Below are positions 31,580 to 44,211 of a stretch of DNA of 64,000 nucleotides, in pieces. The first letter of the stretch is position 1. The number at the start of each line of letters is the position of its first letter. Under the pieces are notes generated by a model. The model did not search any database. It was not told the origin of the DNA and saw only the letters and a program-made list of their open reading frames with translations. The stretch lies in assembly GCF_009914755.1 (NCBI RefSeq), contig NC_060936.1; one strand, written 5' to 3'. Source of the stretch: the human T2T-CHM13v2.0 reference genome, Homo sapiens. A program made the translations under genes and the position numbers.

Positions 31580-33039
31580 CAGTTTTTCTAATCTTCTTCA
31601 CCCTCCCAGGGCTCTGAGAAGTGTGAGGGTAGAATCACCTCCTGCAGATGTTTGTGGTATAGAAATAGAAACTGCATAGTCCCTCAATATCTTTATCAGG
31701 ACTCTAAAGATAAGTGGCTATGAACTGTGGCACACTTCAGAGCATACTCAGAGTTGGGGTGGATTCTGATCTAACAGTTGTCTACCATTAAATGAATAAC
31801 TACAGTCTTTGAGCAAATTCTTGCTGATTACAAAACACTATGCAAGTTACCAGAGATACAAAGATGAATAAGCCATAGTCTCTGCTCTCAGGATCTCAGC
31901 CTGCTGGGGAGACAGCTATAACCACCAGCAACTATGGCAAGCACAGAGGGAGCAATTAAGTTGGCCACAGAGGAGGTAATACTTCAACTGAGCTTTTGTA
32001 AGTCCTGCCCAAGTTAGCATGTTGGTCTCTTTGGGAGGCCTTAATGTGTATGGGCAGCAGAATCCCATTTAATTTATTTTACATCCAGTTTGACAAATGG
32101 CTCTCCTTGCCATGGATATGCAAGATAAATATGCCTCCAAAATGTGATCTCAGAGCAATTTAGAAACTAAGTGGCAAATATCCTATACATCAAGATGACA
32201 GTGACATTGAGAAACATGTGGTTTGTTAATCCACAGTGGGATCAAGATCAGGCTTCAAGTTTTAGGTATTAGGCATATTTTGGGGTTCTTTTTTATGACA
32301 TCCCTATCCCTTTTCCTCTAAAACTCCCACATATTCAAATTAGATGTTGCTGGCATACAGGGGAAGTTTTTAAATGTAATAACTGCCTGTTTACTTCTTG
32401 GAACTATAAACAAAGCTTAGAAGAACAGGGATGTCTATCTTGTTGGCATTTAGTGTTCTTACAGGAAAATTAAAGTCTCACAAAGACACAGTTCAGTGAG
32501 CCAATTAAGCCTTGTCTATTAAACTTATGCAAAATATATGGCAATAATTCTGATAGCTATTGTTAATTCAAAGCATAGGCTATGAAATCCAGGTTTGAGC
32601 ACTTAAAAAGTAAAAAAAAAAAACCCAACATCTTGGCAATACTCATAATGTTTCCATTTCATTTTCATATTCTATCTCTAAGCAGGGCTGTTTTTGATGT
32701 CAAATTACATTCTTAATGGAGAATATTTGGAGGAAATATAAAACGGATTGGATTTGATCAAGTAGTTACTAGTCTTTCTTCTGGTGACGTATAACCTCCT
32801 ACTTGTCAGCTTCTAGAAGATGAATCAATTTTGTGAGGACTTGGCCAATATCAAGGTCTTCAGCACGACTCATCAGCCTGTTGCTAATTCAAGGACAACA
32901 AATGCCTACAAATGCTTTAAGTAAGCCCAGTTACAGACTGCTGATGAATTTGGTGCTCCTGGTGTGTGCCCTGGCCAAGAATGAGGGTGTCTGTCTAGGA
33001 ATATTTCTTTGAATATAAATAGTAGGTAGTGGTTTATCG

Positions 33040-33235
33040 TTGTCCATTTAGTGTTGCTACATGGGAATACCTGAGGCTGGGTAATTTATAAAGACAAAGG
33101 GTTTATTTGGCTCACGATTCTGCTGACTAAAGACTGGGCATGTGGTGGAAGCCTTGGGCTACTTCCACTTATGACGGAAGAAGGCAAAGGGGAGCTCCCT
33201 GTTCGGAGATCACATGGCAAGAGGGGGAGCAAGAG
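33040..33235 (-). mobile_element. MST-family MaLR LTR fragment
   Basis: gaatacctgaggctgggtaatttataaag..gtttatttggctcacgattctg. Confidence 0.85.
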
Positions 33236-33670
33236 CTTGTAGACAAGTGATGTATGACAGTCTCCATCTTCCAGGGACTTCTGCCTCCACATCATCTCTT
33301 TACAACCAGAGCCCCCAGACAGAGGAGGACTGAGTCTTTTGTGGCTAGCACATTGGAGATAGTTGATTTAATGGACAAATTATATAAAGTGACATTTATT
33401 TTTTATGCTGGGAAATTACTTCCAACAATATATTTTTGTCCAACCATCTGCTTGAATCAAGTTTCTGTCAGCCTCTGGAAGTAATAATTATTCCCTGCTC
33501 TGAAACTGAGCTTCATGCTGGTTTTCTGCTGAGGGAGCAGACCCTTTGGCTGTCTGTTATCTATTGTCAAGAGCTCTTTTGTCACTCATTATTGTCAGCT
33601 GCTGATTTCCCAACAGACACTTTAAGGCTATAAATAAACCCTCCCAACACAAATCCCCTCCTTATGAAAG

Positions 33671-33965
33671 TGTGAAAGACAAAATACACCAGTAAATTAG
33701 GATATGATTTTTATTCAGGCTGTTGCCATAGGAGGACATTCATTAGTAAGAAATATCTCAAAGAAAAGAATGAGCCTGGCTTTTATGGAGACAAAGAGAG
33801 TCTTATGGGAGCATGACGAAGGACGGAGGTGGGTCTTACTTCAGAGTATGCAAAGCCTGTGTGGTCCTTGGCAATTAGCCAGTTCCTACAACCCAAAAGG
33901 GCAGAAGATTTCTTAACATCTCTACTTTTTAGAGTACAAGACTTAGATTAAGTTCAACATTGTCA
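33671..33965 (-). mobile_element. ERV LTR (MER90-like), 3' LTR of a provirus remnant
   Basis: Minus strand TGACAATGTTGAACTT...AATAAAAATCATATCC...TTTCACA, preceded by purine tract AAAAGGGAGGAC; homologous to 34952-35571. Confidence 0.75.
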
Positions 33966-34001
33966 GTCCTCCCTTTTGTTGAAAATGAACATCATTGCCA
34001 C

Positions 34002-34530
34002 TGTTGGGACTCAGAAAACAATACCCCAAAATGAAAGCCTCCAAAGCAGCCTCAGAAGCAAAGTCTCTCTCTGACCTTCTGCTGCCCGCTCTGTCTCTCA
34101 CCCCTCATTCTCCCCGGAGATAAGCCATAGAAACTGTAATCCCTCTTCCCCAAGATGGGTCATAGAAACTAGAACTCCTTTTCCCCAAAGCCAGCCATAA
34201 AACCTAGAAATATTATTCTAACCTTCCACCATTCTTCTGTGTAACACTTGGCCATTAAGAAACTAAGACCCTCATCCCAGAGGGGTCCTACCCCATACCT
34301 GGGAGGAAGGAATGCTGCATGGAGAGGCCAAGAAGGATCTGAACAGCCAGGCCTTGTAGGTTTCCCCACGCAGTCTATTTCCATTAGATCATAGCCTTTT
34401 TTGTCCAATCACATTTCCACATGACTGTCCCTGCTTCATCAAACCTAAGCATAAAATCAGAGAGCTTCTCCTGAGTCTCTGGGTCTTCGTTCTGAAGGCT
34501 CACCTGTCATGTAAAACTATGATCAAATAG
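34002..34530 (+). mobile_element. ERV1 LTR (MER39-like), 3'-truncated
   Basis: tgttgggactcagaaaacaataccccaaaatgaaagcctcc... Confidence 0.8.
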
Positions 34531-34951
34531 GCTGTTCATTGTTTGAAGCAATAAAGTGCAAATGAAACCTGTCTTTACATGCACAGTGGGGCATATGCTT
34601 CCATAAATGCCTGATTGTGTGTGCAGATGAGTGTTTAACACACCCAGTTACCTGTTTGCTATATTTATATTTTTAGGGTTAATGTAAGTGCTTTCATTTT
34701 TTAAAATGAAATTGTTTTAAATTGTTTTTAAAAAAGCTATAATCAAATACATTTGTTACTTTTTTTCTGGTTAACTTGTCTTTTGTTATAGGGTGTTGGC
34801 CATGATCCTTATGATGGGGAGGAAGGGAATCACCAATTTTCTACCCCATCCCACTGAGCAACTTAGAGATGACCTAAGGCCTCGTTACCTGTGTGGAGTA
34901 ACTGGGAATTGGAAGGTGAGGTCCAATTATATCCAAGTCTTGGCATCAAAC

Positions 34952-35571
34952 TGTGAAAGACAAAATGCACTGGACAATTAAGGATATGATTTTATTCATG
35001 CCCTTGCAATAGGGAGAACATTTATTAATGAAGAATAACTCAAAGGAAAGGAAGGGGTCCTGGTCTCCCATGAATCCTCATGGGAGCCTTGAGGAAGGAT
35101 GAAGGTGGGTCTTATCACAGAATATTCCAGGGCTGGGTTGTCCTTTGTGGGGATGGCTGTTTCTTTTGAAACACAAAAGGGTGGGAGATTTCTTTGTCTC
35201 TCTCTTTTTTTTTAAGAGACAGGGTCTCACTCTGTCTCCCCAGCTGGAGTGCAGTGGTGTAATCACGGCTCACTGCAACCTCAGCCTCTCGGGCTCTAGT
35301 GATCTACCTCAGCCTCTCAAGTAGCTGAGACTACAGAACTACAGGCGCACCACCCCGACCAGCTAATTTTTTTTTTTTTTATATAGAGATGGGGTCTCCC
35401 CGTGTTGCCCAGGCTGATCTCGAGCTCCTGGGCTCAAGCCATCCTCCTGCCTTGGTCTCCCATAGTACTGGTATTACAGACATTAGCCACTGTATTTGGC
35501 TCATGTAGGGGGTTTGTTAACCATCACTGCTTTTAGGGAACAAAAGCCTTGGAGGAAGTTTAACAGTGTGA
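34952..35571 (-). mobile_element. ERV LTR (MER90-like), 5' LTR, interrupted by an Alu
   Basis: tgtgaaagacaaaatgcac..ggatatgattttattca matches the 33671 copy; followed on the minus strand by a PBS-like 18-mer. Confidence 0.75.
35205..35501 (-). mobile_element. Alu (AluJ-like)
   Basis: Antisense Alu inside the LTR. Confidence 0.93.
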
Positions 35572-35849
35572 AAATTCTTCAACTTTTAAGAGGCCAACGC
35601 AAATTTGAAAAAAAAAAAAAGTTTTTATAAGGTTTAGGTATAAGATATCAGAATTCTGACATCTTAACTGTTTGCTTGTTCAATAAGAGGTACTTAAGCT
35701 AACTCCATATTTAATTTGAGTAAAGAAAAACAAATGGCCTGTCTGACCAAAGCTAAACAACAGGAAAGGAAACACAGCTCCTTTTACTTTCCTAGAGAAT
35801 CATGGACCAATTTTCAATTTGGACCAATCATGGAACCTTTTTCTGTAGC

Positions 35850-36860
35850 TTATAGAAATTCATTCAAAGTGTACTTTTTGAGCACCTGCCATGTGCCAGG
35901 CATGAATATAGGTGGTAGGGATATAGCAGTCAATGTGACAGTCTGTAATTTCTCCCCTTGAGCCCCTTGCTATGGAGAAAGAGAATGCAGCAAAGGGCAG
36001 GAAGAGCCAGGCAAAGGAGTAGTACTGTTGCCAAAAGGTCAGCCAGAGAAGACCCCCACAAGAAGGTGACAGGAGTAAAAACCCGAGGGAGGGAGCCGTG
36101 CTGAGGCCTGAAAGAACATTTTGGGCAGAGGGAACAGTAAAATGGGAAAACCCTGAGATGGGAACTGTTAAAATAATTAATCAGGAGGACATTTACATGA
36201 GTCACCTTCAGCACCTTTGGTTGCTACCTAAGCAAATGGAAAACCAACTCAATGTAAACAGTAAAATGAAACCAGCGTAACCAATCAGAAACTGCCAGCT
36301 AACTTCTAACTAGAGACTTTACCAATCAGAAACTGACCTCTCACCAGGGACTTTCTGCTTTAACCAAATATTTTCTTTGTCTTGCTTCCATGAGCACCTT
36401 ATAAAAGCCCCCTCCTCTCCTCCCCTCGGAGCGCCAGGCTGCTTGTGGTCTGGTGCTGCCCGATTCCTGAATCATTTAAAGCTCAAATAAACTCATGACA
36501 TTTTAATATGCATAAATTTATCTTTTAACAGAACTTGGCCAAGATTTTCAAAGAACGGCGAGGAGTTCAGAGTCTCTAGAGTGCCGTTGTAAAGAGGGGA
36601 AGGGTAGTGGCTGAGGCCTGAGAGCTGAGGGAGCAGAGGCTGCAGGGTGGTACAGACAACTGTGATGACTTTGGATGTTACTCAGGTTGAGGCAGGAAAG
36701 TACTGACATGATGGCTTTGAGCAGAGGTGGGACACCATCTAACATATTTTCAAAGGATTACCCTAGCTTGTGTGATAAGAGGATTGAAGCAGGCAGACCA
36801 GTGAGGAGCTGTTGCACTGCTCTTGAGAAGAGAGGGGCGCCAATCAAGATGGCCATAGTG
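35850..36860 (-). mobile_element. L2 LINE fragment (interrupted by a solo LTR)
   Basis: ttcattcaaagtgtactttttgagcacctgccatgtgccaggca; gaagcaggcagaccagtgaggagctgttgca. Confidence 0.7.
36166..36530 (+). mobile_element. Solo ERV1 LTR (MER93-like)
   Basis: Termini TGTTAAAA...TTTTAACA, 4-bp TSD gaac (36162-36165, 36531-36534), repeated CCAAT boxes, TATAAAA and AATAAA. Confidence 0.88.
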
Positions 36861-36862
36861 AA

Positions 36863-37253
36863 GTGTGGTGGAGGATGCTTAGGTCTCCTTCAGGAATTAA
36901 ACATTTATTCCTCCAGCAGCCAGGAAGCTCCAGCTAATGGCCTTTGGCTGTCAGCCCTCTTCAAGTATTGCCTCTGCTAAAGACAGTTGTCTTGCCCAGT
37001 GACACTTCCCCTGCCTGGAGGCTTGTTAGTGAGGGCTACAAAGGCCTGGCCCTGCACCTCAACTCAGGACAACTCCTAAGGGTCACCCCAGTTCAGAGCT
37101 CCTCAAGGAGTCCGCTCAGGCCTTCCTTGTGACTACGTCACAGCCCAACTTCTTCCTTTCCACAGGCATTGATTCCAAGAGTACCCCCTAATAAACTCCC
37201 CACCCACTCAGCTCCATCCCAGACTCAGCCTCCAGGGGAACATAGCTTGTGCA
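36863..37253 (+). mobile_element. ERVL LTR (LTR16-like)
   Basis: aataaactccccacccactcagctccatcccagactcagcctccaggggaac 3' end. Confidence 0.7.
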
Positions 37254-37323
37254 TTGAGGTGGTGAGCAGTGGTCAGGTTCTGAATATATTTTATTTCATT
37301 TTCTTTCTTTTTTGAAGACAGGG

Positions 37324-37622
37324 TGATATGGTTTGGCTGTGTCCCGACCCAAATCTCACCTTGAATTGTAATAATCCCCAGGTGTCAAGGGCAAGGCCAG
37401 GTAGAGATCCCTGAATCATGGGGTCGGTTTCCCCCATACTTTTCTCGTGGTAGTGAGTAAGTTTCATGAGATCTGATGGTTGCATTAATGGGAGTTCTCC
37501 TGCACAAGCTCTCTTACCTGCCACCATGTAAGAGAACCTTTGTTTCTCCTTTGCCTTCCACCATGCCTTTGTGAGGCCTCCTCAGCCATGTGGAACTGTG
37601 AGTACATTAAACCTCTTTCCTT
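37324..37622 (+). mobile_element. THE1 MaLR LTR, 3'-truncated
   Basis: tgatatggtttggctgtgtcccgacccaaatctcaccttgaattgtaa...attaaacctctttcctt. Confidence 0.92.
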
Positions 37623-38991
37623 CTCCACAGAGAATCTAAGTGGTCTTACAAAGGAACAAAGCTAGCCATCAGCACGTCCACCAGGAAATGTTTCCAGCAG
37701 TATTTTTTTCTACAAGGCCCATGGTGCAATAATAGACTCCCATGAGAAGTTGAAAATAGGCAAACTGCTTACAAACTACCTTTATCATACACCCCGAGGA
37801 TAATTCCAAGGCAACATTGAAGTAATCAAAGCGACATGACACCACCTTGTATAGATACAGTTTCACAGTAGAAAGAAAGTTCGCTGTAGGGAATAGGAGT
37901 TAAGGAGATGAATCTTGAGCTGGGGCTTGACGGGAGTGTGGAGTAAGTGGAAAGCCTGGGAAAGGTGTGCTAGAGGAAGGGGAAGGTGAGAGAGGGCCCA
38001 GAAGTGAAGATGGTTAGGATGCCTAGGAGGAGCCTTTGTTGTGAGTCTGCCTCTCATGAAAATTACATCTGTTAAGTAAGGTGGGGTGAGTCAGCTAATT
38101 TTTAAAACCAGGCCAAGAGTTTGGGTTTCACCCTTTAGACTACCAAGAAAACAAAAGAAATCTCAACACTTTTAAAGTGCCAGTGTGAACTGTGAATCTC
38201 CAAATCAGAAATGTGTGGTATTTCCCAAACTTATTTGACATTGAAAACCTCTCTTCCATGACACCACCTATTAACATCTTTGGAAAGATTTATCCCACAG
38301 ACACATTGAGGTAGAGAACACTCAACCTTGGGGTGTAATGGGAAAACTAGTGGGTCAAAGGAGCCAGTAATAACCAAGATTTTTAAAAAGGTATGAACAG
38401 TATCTTGAGTGGTATGCAAAAAACATTGATTTATTCTCCTCCTCCAACAATTCATGTTTACTGTTAGCAGCATATTATGGGGCACATGGAAAGAGACCCG
38501 TGGTTTTCTGGAACCTTCTTTTCCTTCTTTAATGATTAATAAATCTGTCACATTTTTTATTATATGACTTGTATCCTTGCAAAATATCCCCTGGCTTGAT
38601 ATCATGCTGCATTTCTGTTCAAGCAGTGGTTGTATTGCCTGTTCCTCAAGAGGCAGTGGGCATTGTCTCTGGTCGTTGTCAGATGCCAGGTGGCACCTGT
38701 AAGACAAGCAGGAAGGAACTGGTCTTGCCCTATAACAGCAGCCCCGAGCCAGGAAAGTTCTGTCTATAGCCCCAGGCCTCTGCGGTCTGTCCCCACGCTT
38801 GCCAGGACTTCTCATCCCTTTGCTATCTTCTCATTTCGGTTCTCATTTGCTTACTGTGGTGCCTCCCCAACTAAGCTGCTTGGTAATTGAACTTGAGTTT
38901 TATCTTCCCTTCATTCTACTTCAAAAATACCCGAACGTAGCTTGTTTGTTTTTCCAGTGGGGCATCTGACAAGTCTTTAGCTTCTGTTTAG

Positions 38992-39065
38992 CAATAGTTC
39001 CCAGTCAGAGGTGATACTAAATCCCCCCAGGCCTCTACTATGTGGCCTTTGAAAATGTGTGGAGG

Positions 39066-39124
<59 letters not shown>

Positions 39125-39505
39125 GCTGTCATCATACATTGGCGGGGGTTAGGGTTAGCATTACTGCCATGTGATGGGCAGGGGCTGGGGATAATCCTAC
39201 AGAATGAAGAGTTGCCCCACCCAAAATACCAGTAACACCCCCAATAAGCACTGCTGTATGCTTCACATGAGTACCACTTTGCTAATTTTCAATATCTAAA
39301 GCACCACCTATGCCATTATTAGTTTAATATATTTCTTTGAATTAATTCACTTAAATTTTTTTTATTTATTCCAAACAGCAGTATACTAGAAATGATGGGT
39401 CAATGTTATTTATATATTTTACAGTACCCATAAAAATAAATGCCTAACACCTAATACAAACTATTCTTAATTAATGATACACACATGAAGTCGGGAAACA
39501 CTGCA
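38992..39505. mobile_element. MER20-like plus adjacent Charlie-type hAT fragments
   Basis: ggcaggggctggggataatcctacagaatgaagagttgccccacccaaaatacc; ends gggaaacactg. Confidence 0.55.
39071..39122. repeat. (TG)n microsatellite, ~26 units
   Basis: Directly visible. Confidence 0.97.
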
Positions 39506-39528
39506 GCTATGGCCACATGCCCAGTTAG

Positions 39529-39831
39529 ATTTTATTTATGTATTTATTTACTGTTATATAGAGACAAGGTGTTGCTCTGTTCCCCAGGCAGGCACAGTCA
39601 TAGCTTACTATAGCCTCGAAGTCCCAGGCTCAAGCAATCCTCCCACTTCACCTCCCAAGTGTCAAGGATTACAGGTGTGTGTCACCACGCCTGGCTCATT
39701 TTTATATTTTTTGTAGAGATGAGATTTCACTATACTGCTTAGGCTGATCTTGAACTCCTGGCCTTAAGGGATCCTCCATCCTCAGCCTCCTGAAGTGCTG
39801 GGATTACAGACATGAGCCACCATGCCCAAGC
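39529..39831 (-). mobile_element. Alu (AluJ-like)
   Basis: Diverged antisense Alu. Confidence 0.9.
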
Positions 39832-40767
39832 TCCTGTTGGATTTTGATGGGAATATTAGCCCCACACACATTTTCTCTTCTGAACCAGGAATGTCTGTGC
39901 AAGTACACCACATAGACTCCTTAGCATGAGCCATATAAGGGCAAAGGTCACATGTTTAATGTCCCATAAACATCATTTATTTTATTTAAAGTAGTCTATC
40001 CCAATGACAATGACAGCATTCTTGACCTGAGTCAATTCTCTTTGCTGGATCCAAAGTCAAGGATAAAAGTGAGGGTCACTTGGCATTTGCCTCCTTGAAA
40101 TGTAGCTCTCTGAGGGCCCACCTGTGTCTTGTGTCCTCTTCTTTCCTAATGAAGTGTCTGGCACACGAAGTCATGATTAACGAAGGTCTCAGTGAATGAA
40201 GGAAACACAAAAACGTATGTGTACCCCTCAGTACGGGGAAAGTGATGGAGAACTGTAAATGCTACTGTCATTGAGTCAAAAAATCTTACACATGTTTCTT
40301 ATGCAAGTTATGTAACTTCTCTGTGCTTCACTCTCCTTACCTCTGAAAGACAGATAATCATAGAACCAACCTCATAACACCGTTATAAGGAGGCAATGAG
40401 AGAGTATTTGTTGAGTGCTTAGAACAGTGTCAGGCACGGAATAAATATAGAAATATTTGATGATGAATAAACAAATGAATGAGGGGTGCCTGGCTTTTAC
40501 TCAGGTTTGCAATGTTTGCTGAAAGAGTGAATCAACAAATCCTAGACCAGAACATTCCAACACTCACATCCTTGGTGCTCAGCTGTTCCCAGGAGTAGTA
40601 GTAGATGCTAAAGTAAAACATCCCAAGCTCCGGTGAGGAGGTCTTGCTATGGGCAGCACAGAAAAGCTTTTCATAACAGATAGCCTAGGGTGATGCCCCA
40701 TGTATCACCTTCCCCACTCCCCCAACCCCTGCCTAGTTACAGGCTGCACAGGAACTGCATACTGGTA

Positions 40768-41372
40768 CAGTCCTCCCTTGGTATCCATGGCAGACTTGTT
40801 CCAAGACCTCTGCAGAAAGCAATACCTATGGATGCTCAAGTCCCTGGTATAAAATGATGTAGTATTGGCATATAACCTACCACATCCTCTTGTATACTTT
40901 ATTTATTTATTTTGAGACAGGATCTCACTCTGATGCCCAAGCTAGAGTATAGTGGAGTGATCTGGGGGTCACTGTAGCCTCAACCTCCTCGGCTCAGGGG
41001 ATCCTTCTGCCTCAGCCTCCCTAGTAGCTAGGACTACAGGCACATGCCACCATGCCTGGCTGATTTTTAAAAATTTTTTGTAGAGATGACTATGTTGCCC
41101 AGGCTAGTCTTGAACTCAAGCAATCCTCCCATCTGGGCCTCTGAAAGTGCTGGAATTATGTGAGTTACCATGCCAGGCTATCCTCCTGTATACTTTAAAT
41201 CTTCTCTAGGTTACTTACAGTACCTAATACAATGTTTGCTATGTAAACAGTTGTTATACTGTCTTGTTTTTTCTTTGTATTATTGTTATTGTTGTATTGT
41301 TATTTTTTTTCAGTATATTTTTGATTCACAGTTGGTTGAATCTGGGCATGTGGAACCCACAGATGTTTGAGA
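40768..41372 (+). mobile_element. MER2 (Tigger) DNA transposon interrupted by an Alu
   Basis: ta-cagtcctcccttggtatccatgg...ggatgctcaagtccctggtataaaatgatgtagta...ttggttgaatc. Confidence 0.88.
40900..41179 (-). mobile_element. Alu (AluJ-like) inside MER2
   Basis: TSD atcctc(t/c)tgtatacttt on both sides. Confidence 0.92.
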
Positions 41373-42800
41373 GCTTATATGTCTGGAAAAGACTTTATTT
41401 TATTTGATAGCTTGGCTGGGTATAAAATTCTATAAAATTCATTTTTCTGCAGAATTACTTCTCGTTTCTAGCATCATTGAGAAGATTAATGGTCATTCTG
41501 ATTTTTTATTAGAGTCTAACCAATTTTTCCCTCTCTAGAAGCTTTAGAATTTTTTCTTTGATTCCAATGTTCTTAAATTTCACAATGATATGTTTTGACT
41601 AATATGTTTTATTCATTTTGCTGGACACTTGATAGGAACTTTTATCTCACAATGACTTTCAGTTTGAAATTTTCTTAAATTATTTTTTGATGATTTCATT
41701 TACCCTGTTTTCTTTTTATCTCTTTCTATGACTCATAGTGTTTGGATATTGGACTTCCTGGCTTGATCCTTAAATTTCCTTACCCTTTCTCTCTTATTTT
41801 TTGTCATTTTGTTGTCTTTTGAAAGGTTTAATCAAATTTCACTTCCAACCTTCTTACTGGATTTTTAATTTATAACATAATGTTTTTAATTGCTAAGACT
41901 CTTTTGTTGTATGAATGTGCCATTTGAAAATAGCATCCTATTGCTTCATGTTTACAATATATTCTCTTAACTCTCTGATAGTTTTTGTCTTCTTATCTAA
42001 TTTCTGTTTTCTCTAAGTTACTTTAATCTCTTTGTTTTTAGTCTCTGCCTTTCATGTTAGAGGCTTTCTTTAAAAGGTGATCATTGGCTGTTCATTTATA
42101 TTTAAAATTGGGGCCCTAAAAAGCTGAATGAGACTCTGTATTGTGGGTGGGGCTTCAAGACCATTAGCTCACTTGTAGGATTATCAGGCTGAGCTGTTTG
42201 TTGGATAATCCTAATATCAGCATCTTTAGATCTTTTCTTTTGGCTTGTCAGATGTTTTCAGAGAAGAATCTTCTAAGATCCTGCACAGTTTTCTGGGAAC
42301 CTAGTGATGGAAGAGGGCCATGAGCTGTGGCAGAGGGCTTCAACATTTAGTATGTAGTCCTCATGCTTTCAAAATGATTGCTGCCTTCAACTGTGCCATG
42401 TATCCCACACTTCAGAGACCTTCTGTTTTTGCTGTCTCTAAACCACAAATTTCTGCTGAGGGAAAGAGGGGTTAATTTTCTGATCACACAAAGTAAGCAT
42501 TAGAATTTGGGCTGGGGAGCAGGGAGGATTTGTATTTGTGTCTGTCTGACTCCTAGACTTTTGTCTTCCCCTTTACTCCCAAATCATAAACCCCTGCTAC
42601 TTCTAATTCTTGAGGCTTTGTGGTTCTATTTTAGAAAATGGGCTACTACTTAGCTTGCTCACTTAGGACATAGCTGTCCTAGACCTGCTAGGTCAGTTGT
42701 CTTTCCTCTTTCTGTTTTCTAACTCACAACATTTTACGGCTTTCATTTTCCCTCCAATTCTCCTTTCCTCCTTCGGTTTCCTTCCTGTATGTTAGTTAGT
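41372..42800 (-). mobile_element. Old L1/HAL1 5' and ORF1 region
   Basis: atgtctggaaaagactttatt..gatagcttggctgggtataaaattct (antisense of ORF1 ILYPAKLS). Confidence 0.7.
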
Positions 42801-42872
42801 GGGGATCCATAAAAAGTACAGGAAAACATGTGTGTTTAATATCTGCTATCTTCAAGTTGTATTTGACATATA

Positions 42873-42903
<31 letters not shown>

Positions 42904-43399
42904 AAACTTGGAAGTCCAAGATCAATATATATATTTTACTGATAAAATGTTCCAATATGTAATTTGCTCTCTTAATGACTACTTTTTTTAAGTAAGGAAG
43001 TTAAGGAAGCTACAGCAGTAATTCTTGAGGCATATTAGAATATTTCTTACTGACAAAATACTTTTGAACCAATTATTACAGGGATATGGTTCAACTGAAA
43101 TTGTAGTGACCTAATTTACAAAGATAAAACTGTCTATTTTAGAGATTGCAGTAAATTTCAAAAGTAAATGAGGGAATGTGAAAGGAATGAGGTAAATTGC
43201 GAATACCCATGGTAGAAGAACACTAGGAAATAAAGCCCTGGACCAGGTTGAACTGGGAATGATGCTTCATCAGTATAGTCAGAAGCAACATGCCTGGACA
43301 TAGAATCCAAATTGTTTTTGAGTGGGGGGCCCAGAGACAAAATTGATTTTCCTATTCTAAGACTGAGCCACAATGTTAGGAAATTAGAAAGAGAAATTT

Positions 43400-44080
43400 A
43401 AAATAGCTCAGAATCAAGATTAAGAACAGCAAAAGAGGACTTGACAATTTCACTTTTATAAAATGCTATGAGCATGTTTGTGTTTATGGGAAAGATTTAA
43501 AGTTGAAAACATCCAGTATTGTTAAAATTATGAAGAAATAGGCAATTTAATTTACTGTTGGGGAGTATAGACTTATTAAGTAGTAATTGGTAATTATTTA
43601 TTAAAATTATAAATGTGGATTTAGTTTGACTCAACATTTCAACTCCTACAAGTAATCCTATAGGAAAGACTGAAAAGTAATGTACAAGGATGTTCATTGC
43701 ATCATTGCTTGTAATAACGAAAACTGAACACAACCAAAATGTTCATTATAGAGGATTATTTCAATTCATGGTGCTACAGACTCAAATATAACTAGTCTTT
43801 TGTGGTCCACTCTTATAAGGAGATTCATTCAAAAGAAACTAATTTAGTATCTCTCAAAGAACATTGAAAGAGACCTAATTCATAACCTATAACTCCATTT
43901 ATAATTTATCCTTGTTTTACAGCCTTATTATTGAATACTTGGAACACCATATATCAGGCAAAAGACATAAAGTCAGTTAAAATATATGTATACAATGATA
44001 TCTAAAATATGTTGTTCAACTTTACCAAAATGTTATAAAATAGAATATATGGTATAATTTCATTAATGTTTAAAAAATAT
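43400..44080 (+). mobile_element. Old L1M 3' end
   Basis: tgtacaaggatgttcattgcatcattgcttgtaataacgaaaactg. Confidence 0.7.
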
Positions 44081-44179
44081 AAAGGCTTCCAGTTTTGAGT
44101 AATGGCAGAGTAGTTTGTATCAGACTAAACCTTCCACTGATTATGAACTCATTCTTCTCTCTCTCCCTCTCTCTCTCTT

Positions 44180-44211
<32 letters not shown>

